A DNA stretch of 48,769 nt, filler included, from Jimgerdemannia flammicorona (lineage: Eukaryota): the NCBI GenBank assembly GCA_003990765.1. It is 2 parts of 2 records of this genome, joined end to end, with 100 filler letters (N's around TTAATTAATTAA, not from the genome) between each part and the next. Parts side by side here need not be neighbours in the genome. Positions count along the whole stretch, not along the records: positions 24,438 to 48,769 come from RBNJ01000989.1; 1 more part is not named here. The stretch is one strand, 5' to 3'. The position numbers were made by a program, and so were the translations under genes. This document shows positions 24,493-36,129 of this stretch, in pieces (position 1 is the first letter of the stretch; each line of letters starts with the position of its first letter). A model generated the notes under the pieces. The model made no database searches and was not told the origin of the DNA. It saw nothing but the letters and a program-made list of their open reading frames with translations.

Positions 24493-25677
24493 CTTGTTGA
24501 TATCGTCAGTTTGACGTCTATCAAGGCCTTTGAACCTGAAAAATTCATCTGGTCTCCGAAGATTTAAGAATTCGGCCATCATGTCGACAAGATTTCCGGG
24601 CCTGCGAAAGGCGGCGGAGACGGCGTCTATGTTAAGTACGAATTTTCCTGCGGCAGTAAAGAATATCGAGGCAAACATTTGATGTGAATAATTATCCAAC
24701 GGATTTGAATAGGTAGATGTGCTGTGCATCAACATCCAAGACCATTATGACATCAATGCACAAATCGAGTATATACGCCTTCTACTCACCGGTCGGTCTT
24801 CCATCCATTCCAACACCTCCCAACCTAGCACTCTGGAAGACGCCTTGCCAAACATCAAGACCGCTCGACATTCGGGTAGCGCCTTGCGAACGATAGATAT
24901 TTTTGCCCGAAGCGATGTACTGCTGTGCAGGCCAGTGACGCAACAAGACGTTCAAATAGTTCACGGAACTAGTAAATTGAGCGACTTGGTCCCTATCGGC
25001 GGGAGGCACTCCTCGGAGATAATTGTTAAGAGCGTCCATCGGGTTCGTGTTTACGAGCTCAAGGACAATTTTGTAAACATCGCTAGAACCGCCGGGGGAT
25101 TCAAGTGTAACCTAGAAATTGATTTCATCATCGTCGTCGTCGTTAGCTGGAGATAATAATAACAATGCTAAAAACTGCATCGACGCCAAACTTCAAAAGA
25201 ACTATTGTTGAGTGGTTCGGACAGCACAGTGTCACATCGTGGTGACCTACCTCAGTCACAAGTTTGTCCTGCGGTAGTTTCGCGTGCGAGTACACGTTAT
25301 TCTTGCCATCGTACACCACGCGAATCTTACTTTGGAGGACTCTTTCAACATATTGTTGAACAATCCGCGAGACCTTCGCTTTGGGTATGGGCTTGGCGGC
25401 TTTGCCAGCTTTACCGGGGTTGGGTACCGTAGGTACCTTATCGGTTATCTTGCAGTCGTAATGGTAATGAGGGCCTTTTGGGACCTGCGTTTATGTGCCA
25501 CGTAAGATAAAGTGTCAAAAAACTGAGACTGTAAAGAACCGAAAACTACGTTGGGAAAATGAGACATCTCAGTCGCACCTGATCTATCTCGTAGTAATTT
25601 GTGCGAACAACAACGACACGGCCCCGAACGCCGACAGCGGGTCTCTTTGGGAGAGTGAAAGTAATGTTGGTGGACAT
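24493..25677 (-). CDS. Argonaute family protein, 5' part (ArgoN and linker-1 domains), cut off by the contig end
   Basis: Exons 25677-25579, 25484-25251, 25111-24790 and 24647-24493 with GT-AG introns splice in frame. They give MSTNITFTLPKRPAVGVRGRVVVVRTNYY...YHYD...VYDGKNNVYS...LNVLLRH...GLDVWQGVFQSAR...VLNIDAVSAAF. Confidence 0.9.
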
Positions 25678-25717
25678 AGTTTCCTTTGTGTGTGTGCGCA
25701 ATTAATTGGGAAGACTG

Positions 25718-25727
25718 TTTATATAAA
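25718..25727 (-). promoter_or_regulatory. Probable TATA box of the Argonaute gene
   Basis: Palindromic TTTATATAAA about 40 nt upstream of the ATG. Confidence 0.45.
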
Positions 25728-26162
25728 CTGAGGAGCCTAGGAGCCGACGCCGCGCCGCAGCTGACATGATCCATTTGGATTATGACGATTATGACGCCTA
25801 TGACGCTATTACACTTGTACAATTGTATTTCGCACGTGAAAGGTAAAGCGAACACGATTCAACTTTAGATATTTAACTTTATAATATTCTTTAATTAGTT
25901 AAATAAAGTCAAAATACAATAACTCTTGAAAACAGACCTTTCCGATGTAAACCAAAGAGCTCTCTTATTACAAGATGATATAAAATCTTATCCAAGTCAG
26001 ACTTAAGCCGCAGAATTTCCAAATACTGATGCGATCTCGTAGCACACTAAAAACCAAAACCAGAGAAATGACAGCTTAGGCATCCTCATTTCTGTGGAAT
26101 TTCTAATAGCAACACCAGACATATCATACATACACTCATTCCCAAGCCAGGAAACCAACAGT

Positions 26163-28243
26163 TCAGTCTATTTTCTTCTTGCCATCCTTCTCCACTTCCT
26201 TCTCCACCTCCGTCTCCACCCCCCTCTTCGGATACACCCACCACTGCCACAGCAACACAATAAAGACGACGTCGTCGCGGAAAGCCGAGAGGCGGGTGAG
26301 AGTAGGCATGGGGATGACGAAAGCGAACAGGTCATCGACGAAAGTATTGACGGTGCGAAAGAGGAAGGCGGCGAGCGGCATGGCCTCCACGGAACGGAGG
26401 CGATGATTGAGCAGGATCTGCGGGAGCATTTGTATGCTGGGTGGTTGGGGAAGGAGGGGAGATGAGTGAGTAGCGCGAACACATATGATAACGGGACCGA
26501 TTTCGAAGACAACGACAATCATATTTCCTCCCTCCATTTTTTCAACATACAACTCAACCGAATACACCAACGCCATAGCGATATCCAGGGCCCACGAGTA
26601 GAACCCTTCATGTCTCCACGCGACGAGACTGTACACTGCGTACGCGATGGCGAGCGGCGGGCACACATAAAGGATATATCGAACGGCATCGGCATCGGTG
26701 GTCTGGTTAAGATGTTGGCGGTCGGTACGCGGGTCGAGGGGAGCAAGGCGGAGGGAGGGGAGGAGGCCAAAGTGGTGGCGCGGGGTTATGATCAGGCGGA
26801 AGGCTTTGGTAAGCTTCCAGAGGTCGACTAAATTGAAGTGGATGGGGGTTAAGAGGATTGTTGAAGGATTGTTTATGTTGGAAAAGAGTAGCTGATTGAA
26901 GGCCAAACTTGCCTAAAGCTGTTGCGACGGCACCGCCTACGACGAGCATGCTTGTTTCCTTCCTGTGAAGCGCAAAACGATAAATCATATAATAAAGAAT
27001 GTGAACACCGACAACGCCAAATAACCCAAATCAAGTCCTCTACTACCCACCCCGCTCGAATCTGCCAACCGACCTCTTATCATAAAGATATCCTACAACG
27101 ACGACCTTATTAACGGCATTCAACACAAGCGTCGTCCTAGACACGCCCTCATCCCCATACTTAACCCTCTTCCAATGCACGACATCCTCTTTGAGCGCCA
27201 AAAACTCGAATAACATATGCAGCATACTCGCGAACACCGTAACAGCCAACAGCGTCGGATTCACCTCGAATACCATCTGCCTCAAGTTCTCAATCTCCTC
27301 CTCCGCCACGTGTAGCGGGAAATCGGGGTCTCGCATGCGAGCGAATGCGGTGTCGAGTGTGTACGAGAGGCGGTACATACCGAGCGAGGTGAGGGAGACG
27401 GAAAGGTGAAGTTCGGTTGGGGTGGGATGGGTGAGGTTGAGGGGTGTCCAGTCAGAGCGCTTGAGAGACATGTGGTTAGCAGCGAGGATCGGGAGGTAGG
27501 GGTAAGGCGGAGTCGGGATAAAAGTTAGGCGGTAGGCGAGGTCGGGAGGGATGTGGGCGTGAGGGTAATGGGTTGTATCGTGGACGACTTGGAGGGTCCT
27601 GGTGTGGGATGTGGCAGGGTGGGGCGTGAGTGGATGAAATCCTGTACAATTTGGTTTTAATTGACATCGACTTTGTAGAAGTTGGAACTCACAACTTGGT
27701 TTTCCCATGCGGTATCACCACGTTCTCTTCCTCCTCCCTACCTCCCTCCGCACCCACTCCTTCCGTTAACAAGCGCCTCGTATTATTTACCACGACGGGC
27801 ATAACCTTCACTAACGCATCAACCGTATGCACAGGCCAAGGATCATCTCTCTCTCCCCCCGTCCCTATCGTCTTCCCAGCGACGGTCAAGAATGCGTGCA
27901 CAAACGCGCTCTCCTCACTTGTAACTCGATACCTCAACGTCTTCTCGCCCTCAAACCGGTTCTCCCTGCTAAGCCCCGCAACGCGCCACACAGGCTTGAG
28001 GTCCCTTAGTGATTTCGGGCGATCCGGGGAGCGGGTGAGGTAAACGATGAGGTCGAAGGCCTGGGTTTGGGGGTAGGCTGGTACGTGGAATTGCGGGTTC
28101 GTCGGGAGGACGGGACGCGGGCGGATGAGAGGGATGTGGAAGGTGGGGTGGAAAAGGACGAGAACGCTGAAGACGACGTTGGAGAGGTAGAGGGCGAAGA
28201 GGGCGAGGGTGAGGGCAGTGAAGGCGGTGCTTAGGAGGCCCAT
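26163..28243 (-). CDS. CLPTM1-family multi-pass membrane protein (multi-exon)
   Basis: N-terminal transmembrane helix; LHMLFEFLALKEDVVHWK; C-terminal family signature PQILLNHRLRSVEAMP...NTFVDDLFAFVIPMPTLTRLSAFRDDVVF...WVYP. Internal exon bounds were not all resolved. Confidence 0.9.
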
Positions 28244-28626
28244 GGCGAAGAGTGTGTATGTATATACGCGTGCACGGAAATGGATATTTGCCAAGTCACA
28301 AGAGACGCGCCCTTTATAAAGTTAACTAAAGTGAATCAATGCTTGCACACAACTCGCTGCACAATTCGCTCTTTCATCTTTTATATTTTCTTTGAAGGGG
28401 AGATACCGCGAGGAAGAACTACTAATCCTAATTACGTATTATGAAACTATTCGCGATATGTAGGCGATGTGCAATCCCAAAGACTGCAACTGGCCCACAC
28501 TATTATTTTTCCGACTACAAAGGCGCGCGCAAAGAACCAAATCCCCGAGATGAGACTCTGAAACCAAAAGAAAAGATCCCTTGAGGTCCAACCTCACAAC
28601 ACACCGCACACGCATTCTCCCTTTGA

Positions 28627-29365
28627 CTAGACGCCCTCGTTTCCCTCCGGCTGGGCCAACCTCTTGAACCAGACGAATCCCTCATCGATCACCTCCTCCT
28701 CAAATTCGTCCACCTCATAGCCCTCGTCGTCGTCGGCCAGTTCCTTGGAATTGGGAAGTGGTGGGTGTGTCAGGTAATGGCGATTGTCGTGGCTCATCAC
28801 CTCACAGCCCCCCTCAATCAAGCAACATCAAAGATAGAAACTCACGGGAATATCCTCGCGTACCACTGGGTGTTCCTTCGAAACCCTACTCTCGCTGGCA
28901 ACAGGGTCGTCCGTACCGCGCTCGCGTGCGCCCAATGTTGTGAGGTCCGGGCGGTCAAGGTTGCGATCACCGCCGAGGGGGTTGGGTGTTTCGCTGGCGA
29001 CAGGGGATGGGTACTGGAAGGAGGAAATTATGGGATTGTGAGGCGTATTCGTGTGGTGCGGCATTTGAAGAATAGAATTGCGGCTGTAAGAGAAAGACGC
29101 GCACCAGATCCACCTGGTAGGAACCGCAACTGACGCAGTATGGATTGGTGCCAGGATACTCTATTCGGAGATTTTACCCTTCCACGTGAGCATGCACATA
29201 CGCGCGCTCAAAGACAACGCAACGCAAGCAAGAGGCGCCATCACCTCGAGCCACGAAACTATTACCATATCGCGCCTTGGGAGGGTTGACCTTGCACTGC
29301 GCGCAGTTCAACCCAAGGGCAGGGGTTGAAACGAGCTTGGAGTTTGGATGCTCGTCCGTCTGCAT
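28627..29365 (-). CDS. Hypothetical 146-aa protein with an N-terminal C2-C2 zinc ribbon and acidic tail (4 exons)
   Basis: Exons 29365-29266, 29160-29105, 29013-28846 and 28743-28627 are all GT-AG and total 441 nt in frame. Product includes CAQCKVNPPKARYEYPGTNPYCVSCGS...ELADDDEGYEVDEFEEE. Confidence 0.7.
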
Positions 29366-30203
29366 GGCGATGAAGTTGGTGGGCCTTTGAGGCGGGTGGA
29401 GCTGGTGTTTCCGGTGGGTGGATGGCGGGTTATAATCTACGATAAAAGGGGTGAAAGGGGGGGAGGTTGGGAGAGTAACGATGGATGAAAAGGGCGAGCT
29501 GCTCGAGCAGTCACTTTGCTTGTGACTGCCTATGATGGGTCAAAAAAAAAGTGCCACGACCCTCGTTCCCAGGACAGGGTAGGGTTGTCCGTGTCGAATC
29601 GAAATTGTCGAATTGCAGGTTAGCATTGGCCCAATAATTGTTAGTAGCTTGATTTCCGATGGTCGGAGCTTGGGTACCCCACCGAGAGACAGATCAGATC
29701 CAAAGAACAGTTTGACCTTTGAAGATCTAGGTAGAACTTGCTCGTAGGAACGATTTGTCTGGGTCCAACAAGATCAAGAGTCATAGAGTAGTTCTATACA
29801 AGAATAGTTCTATACAAGGTCTAGGATAATGCAGAATGAATAGTCGATTCACGGTGGTCAGGGTTGTTCACGTAGATAATTAACATCAAGGTGGGTGTGT
29901 GTGGGGTCAATGCCGTGACGGGTGGAGTGCAGCCAATTGGCATCATCCATGTATGACCAAAGGTCAGGCAGGACCTTGACAGATTTATAAAAAAAAAAAG
30001 AAAATCTCGCAGGAGCGCGGATCACCTCCCTCCACTCCTCCGCTCTCCCATTTGGTAAAACTCGATACACTGGCGAACTGAAATCCCAACGAACAACCCT
30101 CCCAATTCCACTGCCACTGCTCTGGACTCCTCCTCTCGGACTACGCCTCCCAAACATCTCATCTGCACATCCGTAACTCCCGCCCTCTCCAAAAAAAAAC
30201 ACA

Positions 30204-33200
30204 ATGTCCACGCTCGACCAACTCGCCAACCTCCCCCCCTCCGTTCAGCTTGCCCGTCTACACGCCCAGGCTGAAGAGCAAGTCGACTTCCCTGTTGACG
30301 CTTCAAATGCCGGCGAAGGCTCCTCCTTCTCCGCCGCTGCCGTGCAATCCACCTCTGCCACCCCGCGCCGCCAGGCCCTGGACCTGACCTCTGAGTTGGC
30401 CTTCCCGTCCCTAGGTGGTGGATCTGTCCCGCGTGTGGCTCCCATGTGGGGCAGCGGTGCTACATCGCGACTCAGGGAGGCACCCGTTGGCCCTGTAAGT
30501 GCCGGCCCTCGCCCCTCCAGCGCCACCGGCTTTAACACCGCGCAGGTGAGCAAGACGGGCATGGTGACGGAGGTGCTTGAACTGCCGCCTGCCCAACAGC
30601 AGAAATTTGTGGGCACCAAAAACATCACCGCCGATGTTGTCAAGACCGTCAAGTACAAGACCGAAACGGACATCAACGTGTCGACTTCGCGCGCAGGGAC
30701 CATTTCCTTCTTGATCAAGGGTAGGGTTGAGGACGTCGCGAGGGCTAAGAGGGAGTTAGTAATTGGGTTAGCCGTCAAGGTAAGATGTCGTTGATTTTGT
30801 GTGAAATAGAGATAGAGGGAAAGATCAATGGCGTTTGAACGCGTCTTCCTTGTGAGATTTGTGACGCGACGACACGGGATCGCGCACGGACCCATTAGAG
30901 TATAGTCGTCAAAACATCGGGGGCTAGCTATCCTCCACATCGCCACCTCTGACCGCGCCTGTATCTCGTCTTATTTTTTCCAAATACTCTACCAACCAGA
31001 CCACAGTGTCTTACTCGATCCCCTCCTCGGTCCGACGCTATGTGATCGGCGCGAAGGGCTCGACGCTCAAAGCGATCGAGGTGCAATCGGCCACGGTCAT
31101 CAGGATGCCGCCGCGACCCTGGGAGGAGGTGGAGCCAGTCGTCGAGGACGACGGGGAGGAGAAGGACGAGATGATGGACGTGAGCATTACGGGTGACCCC
31201 GATGGCATCAAGATTGCCAAGGCTGAGATTGAGAAGATTGTCAACGTGAGTTTGGTTGAGGTTGGGTTGTTTGGTATGGTAGCAAATGACGATTTCTTCA
31301 TGATGATCCCCTTCAATCTTTTTTACTTACTGTCCACCGCCACTCGCTCCCAGACCTCCAAACGAACCATCAAGCTCACCCATTTCGACCCTCAATACTA
31401 CCCGTTCATCGCGGGTGCCAACAACAAGACGATCGACCAGCTAGCGGGAGAAACTAGTACGTGGATCCAAATGCCGCTGTTGTTCTCCCTATCCGAGTGG
31501 CATGACGGCGCGCCGGCGCCTTCTGACCGTAGCGATTCCGTAATCGTCATCTCGGGCGAGCGCGAAGGCGTGCAGCGCGCCCGGGAGCGGATGGAAGAGG
31601 CCTACGAGAACGCTAGGAAAGCATTAAGGACCCTGTCGCTCATGATCCCCAAGAGGCAGCATCGGTATTTGGTTGCGTATTTTATGGAGGTGTTTGAGAC
31701 TACTGGTAATTTATTTTATTATTTATTTATTTATTTATTGATGTTATTATTATTATTATTTGGGTGGAAGAGGGGGCGGGGAGCGCACGCGCTCGATTTC
31801 CCGCGCATCCACAAATCCCGTTTATCTTACCACCAACACTCCCACCACACTCCCACCAGGATGTGTTATAGAACTCCCTCCGAGCACAGACCCTTCCGAG
31901 CAGGTTACGATCCGTGGCGCCGAACCGCAACTAATTCCCGCGCTCCAGATAGTGATGGAGAAGGCGAACTCGATACACGTGGAGACGCTGGACCTGGCGA
32001 CGGTGCACCCTGAAGCGAACCCGCAGGCGCACGCGCGAAACATGCTCAAGTACCTCATCAATCGAAACCGGCTCAGGAAGGTTGAGTCCGACACAGGCGC
32101 CACCGTCGGACATCCGTTGCAGCTGGAGAAGGGCGTCGTGCTCGAGTTTGTTTCCAAGAATCGGGAGGAAGCGGAGGAGGCGAGGAAGCAGGTGTTTGAG
32201 TTGGCGAAGACGTTGGTGGGTTAAAGGACTTTTTTTTTGGTTGGATGTTGGCTCTCTAAGGAAGGAAGACATATGTTTTGTGTATTCTATATTTCGTCCA
32301 TCAACTCACCTCCCTCCTTTCATCACCATAGACTCCGAGCCTTTTCGGCATCGCCTCCGTCGAGCCTAACCTCCACCGTCATGTGATCGGCAAAAGAGGC
32401 CAGAACATCAACCGCATTAAAGACCAATACGGCGTGGACATCATCGTCCCCGATGAGGCGGACAACAGCGCAGACATTTTGATTGTGTACGAGGGCAAAG
32501 AAGGTGAACCTGAGCCTGGCAACAAGAAGGCTCGCGAAGCGCGGAGCAAGCAGGCTCTTGACTCCGTTTGCGCGGAGTTAGTGAAGCTTGGTCAGGAGGC
32601 GTCGTATTTCACGACGCAGACGCTCGCGATCCCCATCAAGTACCACCGCACCATCATCGGGGCCAAGGGCGCGACTCTCAACGACATTGTCGGCGGGCCC
32701 GAGGCTCCCGTGTCCGTTAAGTTTGGGTCGTCCCGCACCGGTGCCGCAGAGAGGAGTGCCACGGCCGAGGGAAGGAAGGAGATGGAAGTGTCGGAAGATA
32801 CAGTGTTGATTAGGGGACCGACTGAGGAAGTGAATAGGGTCGCGGCGGAAATTAAGAAGATTTTTGAGGAAGCCAAGCAAAATGAAGTGAGTTTTTTGGG
32901 GGGTGATTTTGTGTCGAGGGAAGTTTTTTTGTGGTTTGAAAACTGTTTAGGGAGCTAACGTTGGACCGCTTCCCTCTTCCACCCAGATCGTGAACTCTTA
33001 CACAACCGAATTCAACGTCCCGATCGCCTACTCGTCGCACGTGATTGGCAAGAGCGGTGCCAACATTAATAGGCTGAAGGAGCAGCTCGAGGTTCGAATC
33101 GACATTGACGGCGGCAAGGCTGAAGAAGGCGCGCCTGAACGGCCCGTGCGGAAGGGTGACTCCGTGAAGGTATTGATCCAGGGCTCAAAGAAGAACGTGG

Positions 33201-33605
33201 AAACGGCGAAGGAACGGATCCTTGACCAGGTGGCGAACCTGGCGGATCAGATGACGCTGAATCTGAATATTCCTGCGCAGTATCACCGCTCGTTGATCGG
33301 GCTCAAGGGGAGGTACGTCAAGCGGCTCGAGGAGAAGTATAGCGTGTTCATCAAGTTCCCCAGAGATCATAAGGAGGGTGAAGGCAATGAGGCTGACGAG
33401 CCAGTTGAGAGACAGAGACCCGATGAGGTTGTGCTAAAGGGAGGGAAGAAAGGCGTCGAAGGCGCAAAGGGTGAGCTGTTGGAACTGTTGGAATGGGAGA
33501 AGGAGCATGGGAATGTTATCACGTTTACGTTTGCGGCGAGGCATTTGCCGCATGTGGTTGGGAAAGCGGGATCAAGGGTTAATGAGATCAAGGTATGCCT
33601 CTGTC

Positions 33606-33636
<31 letters not shown>

Positions 33637-34801
33637 GTACTTTTTATTTATTTAAATAAAAAAAAAAAAAAAAAAAAAAACCTTACTTTCCTCCAGGACG
33701 AGACGGAAACCCGCATCGACTTCTCGGAACCCCATTTCGATTCGAACTCGCCGGAGAAGATTGTGACAGCAACGATTCAGGGTACGAAGCAGAACATTGC
33801 GGAGGCGAAGAAATCCATCCTCGCGATCGTTGGTGACTTTGAAAATCAGACGACGGAGATCGTACGCATCGACCCGGCCCACCACAAGTTCCTGATTGGG
33901 CAAAGCGGTACACGGATCCGAGACCTGGTAATCAAGTGCGGGGGACCGTCGGACCGGCAGGCATCGGCGCGGATGGTCAACTTCCCGCGACCTGGGACAC
34001 AGCAGGCGCTGGACGAGGTGGTGCTCAAGGGGGACCGCGCGGTCGTGGAGCGGATCAAGGCCGAATTGGAGAGGGAGGTCGCCGAACAGAACTCGAGGAC
34101 GCGCACAATCCAGGTTCCGCGCAAGTACCATCGCGCGATCGCGGGCACGAACCAGTCGACGTACCGGCGGCTGCGCAACGAGCTGAACGTGGTGGTAGAC
34201 CACGGTGGTGAACCCGAACCCAAGGCCAAGGCACCGAAACCCAAGAAACAGCCAACCGCAGTTGCGACGCCCGTGAACGGTGGTGGGGCTAGGATTGGCG
34301 ATGCCGCTGAGAAGGAGGACGCCGCTGCCGAGCTGGATTTGCCATTTGAGATTGTCGAGAATGAAGATGCCGAGGAGGGTGAGATCACGTGGCATTTCAA
34401 GGGCGAAAAGAAGAATGTCGAGAAGGCCGAGAAGATTGTGCTGGATTTGTTGGAGGAGACTGTGAGTAGATGTTTCTATGTGTCGGTCGCTTTGTGAATG
34501 ATACGGATATCCCTCTTTCCGAACCTCTCTAACACCCGTCCCCTCTATCCAGAAACGTAATGTACATACGCATACGGGCTACTTGGCGGTCCCGCAACAC
34601 CTGCTCCGGCACGTGATCGGCCGTGGCGGGTCGACGATATCGCGGATCCGCGACCGGTCCGGGTGCCGGATCGATGTGCCGCACGGCAAGGGCGACGAGA
34701 TCATCGTGCTGACGGGGACCAGGGAGAGTCTGGAGGAGGCTAGGACCCTGATCATCGAAGTCCTCGAGCGATCCAATTCCAACGGCACCGGAAGGGCTTG
34801 A
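30204..34801 (+). CDS. SCP160: Vigilin/Scp160-type multi-KH RNA-binding protein, about 1234 aa, 8 exons
   Basis: Exons 30204-30779, 31000-31245, 31354-31705, 31860-32215, 32332-32886, 32987-33592, 33697-34461 and 34553-34801 splice in frame. Many KH GxxG loops (VIGAKG, IGKRG, IIGAKG, VIGKSG, LIGLKG, VVGKAG, LIGQSG, VIGRGG) and an N-terminal FPSL motif. Confidence 0.93.
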
Positions 34802-35441
34802 GCGATGGATTAGTGGGGCCGCGGGTGGATGGGTAGGCGAGAATGATGTTCGTCGATCCTGTCAGACCTTCGCCGTGACGACCATCCGTACCCATTACCC
34901 CGCGTTGACCGCCAGTGTGAACATACAAAAACCCATGAACAATCCCCTTTAGTTATCGAATCTCGGGCCGCTGATTGTTGCGGACTTTTTTTTTTTTTTT
35001 TCCCCGTTTTCTTATTAATCCCGACCTGCGTTATTTCGTCGTTTCTACTTTTTTCTCCTTTCGTAATCTTATTCGAGTTTCCGTTGTGTTTCGCATGCGT
35101 TGTATCGCATAGATTTAATACGTTAGTTAAAACCGGAAATTTGAATACCATTTTTTGCTTGGTTTTATTTGGGACCGCGGACGTCAATTATCGAGTGTCG
35201 TATTGTTACGGCTTGGATCCTTTATTCATATATCAAAACCGTCTTTTTGAACGACTTGAGTCATCAACATTCGTCTCTAATTATAGTCTGTTATTTACGA
35301 CCACAAGCTCTCCAAAGTCAGATCCGCGACCTGGGCCCTTAAAAACAAGATTGTATAGAGACGAGATGGAAGATGTCGACGAAATACATCACATCACAAT
35401 TGTAAAATCGTGTCTTTGTACCAATATAGCACTGTTCTCAT

Positions 35442-35867
35442 CTAACCATCTTCTATATACAGAACTCTGACAGGACGTATGGACCGAGCAGATGCGACCG
35501 TCACTGCCAGTGGATATGGGGTATACCGGCCATTCCCCTTCATGTTAAATTGTATTGAACGTCTTGGAAGTTGAGTGAGCTGGTTATCAATGGCATGCGT
35601 GATCCCCTCCGTATTGACATCAAACTGGACGACGACACCAGTTTTTTCGCCAGTGTTATGGATGGTGCGATTGGTGTTGTTGTTGATGATACAATTTCTG
35701 TAAATGTTACCAGCGGACGAAGTTGACGAGGCTAATTGCTGTTTTAATTTCTGAAACTCTGCCACGAGACGTTGATGGTCGTCGTCGAGGCGTAGATGAT
35801 CTTTGTTGAGGCGTTGAAGGTCTTTGCGGATGTCAGAGACTGTATTCCGTAGCTCTTCCAGCGCCAT
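35442..35867 (-). CDS. Hypothetical ~141-aa protein with an N-terminal coiled coil
   Basis: CpG-retaining ORF with AAAATG start context, heptad-like LEELRNTVSDIRKDLQRLNKDHLRL and an RYTPYP motif. No family recognised. Confidence 0.5.
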   Translation of the reverse strand: MALEELRNTVSDIRKDLQRLNKDHLRLDDDHQRLVAEFQKLKQQLASSTSSAGNIYRNCIINNNTNRTIHNTGEKTGVVVQFDVNTEGITHAIDNQLTQLPRRSIQFNMKGNGRYTPYPLAVTVASARSIRPVRVLYIEDG

Positions 35868-36129
35868 TTTCAAGCTATTCGACAGACGCGTAATGCGCGT
35901 AATGACAACAAAGCAAAGAGATTTGGTACAAGATCGGATCTCAGATCACAAACCGCCGGAGCCTCAGATGTCTCATAACCAGGCGCGATAAAAAGTCAAA
36001 ATATACCTGATTACACCTTAGAATACACGTAGAATACACCTTTGAGGGGATCGTTGGAGCGTGTGAACGGTAAAAGACGTTTTCGTTGTCATTATCGTTA
36101 TGTGGATGACGTCATGCAAATTTGCCTAC

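Noticed and set aside
22925..25677. Convergent F-box and Argonaute pair as an anti-silencing module, or a naturally truncated Argonaute
   Set aside because: An artificial 100-bp linker separates them, so neither adjacency nor truncation is supported.
30245..34400. Long minus-strand ORFs over SCP160 (233, 247 and 184 aa)
   Set aside because: Antisense shadows of GC-rich coding exons with no motifs.
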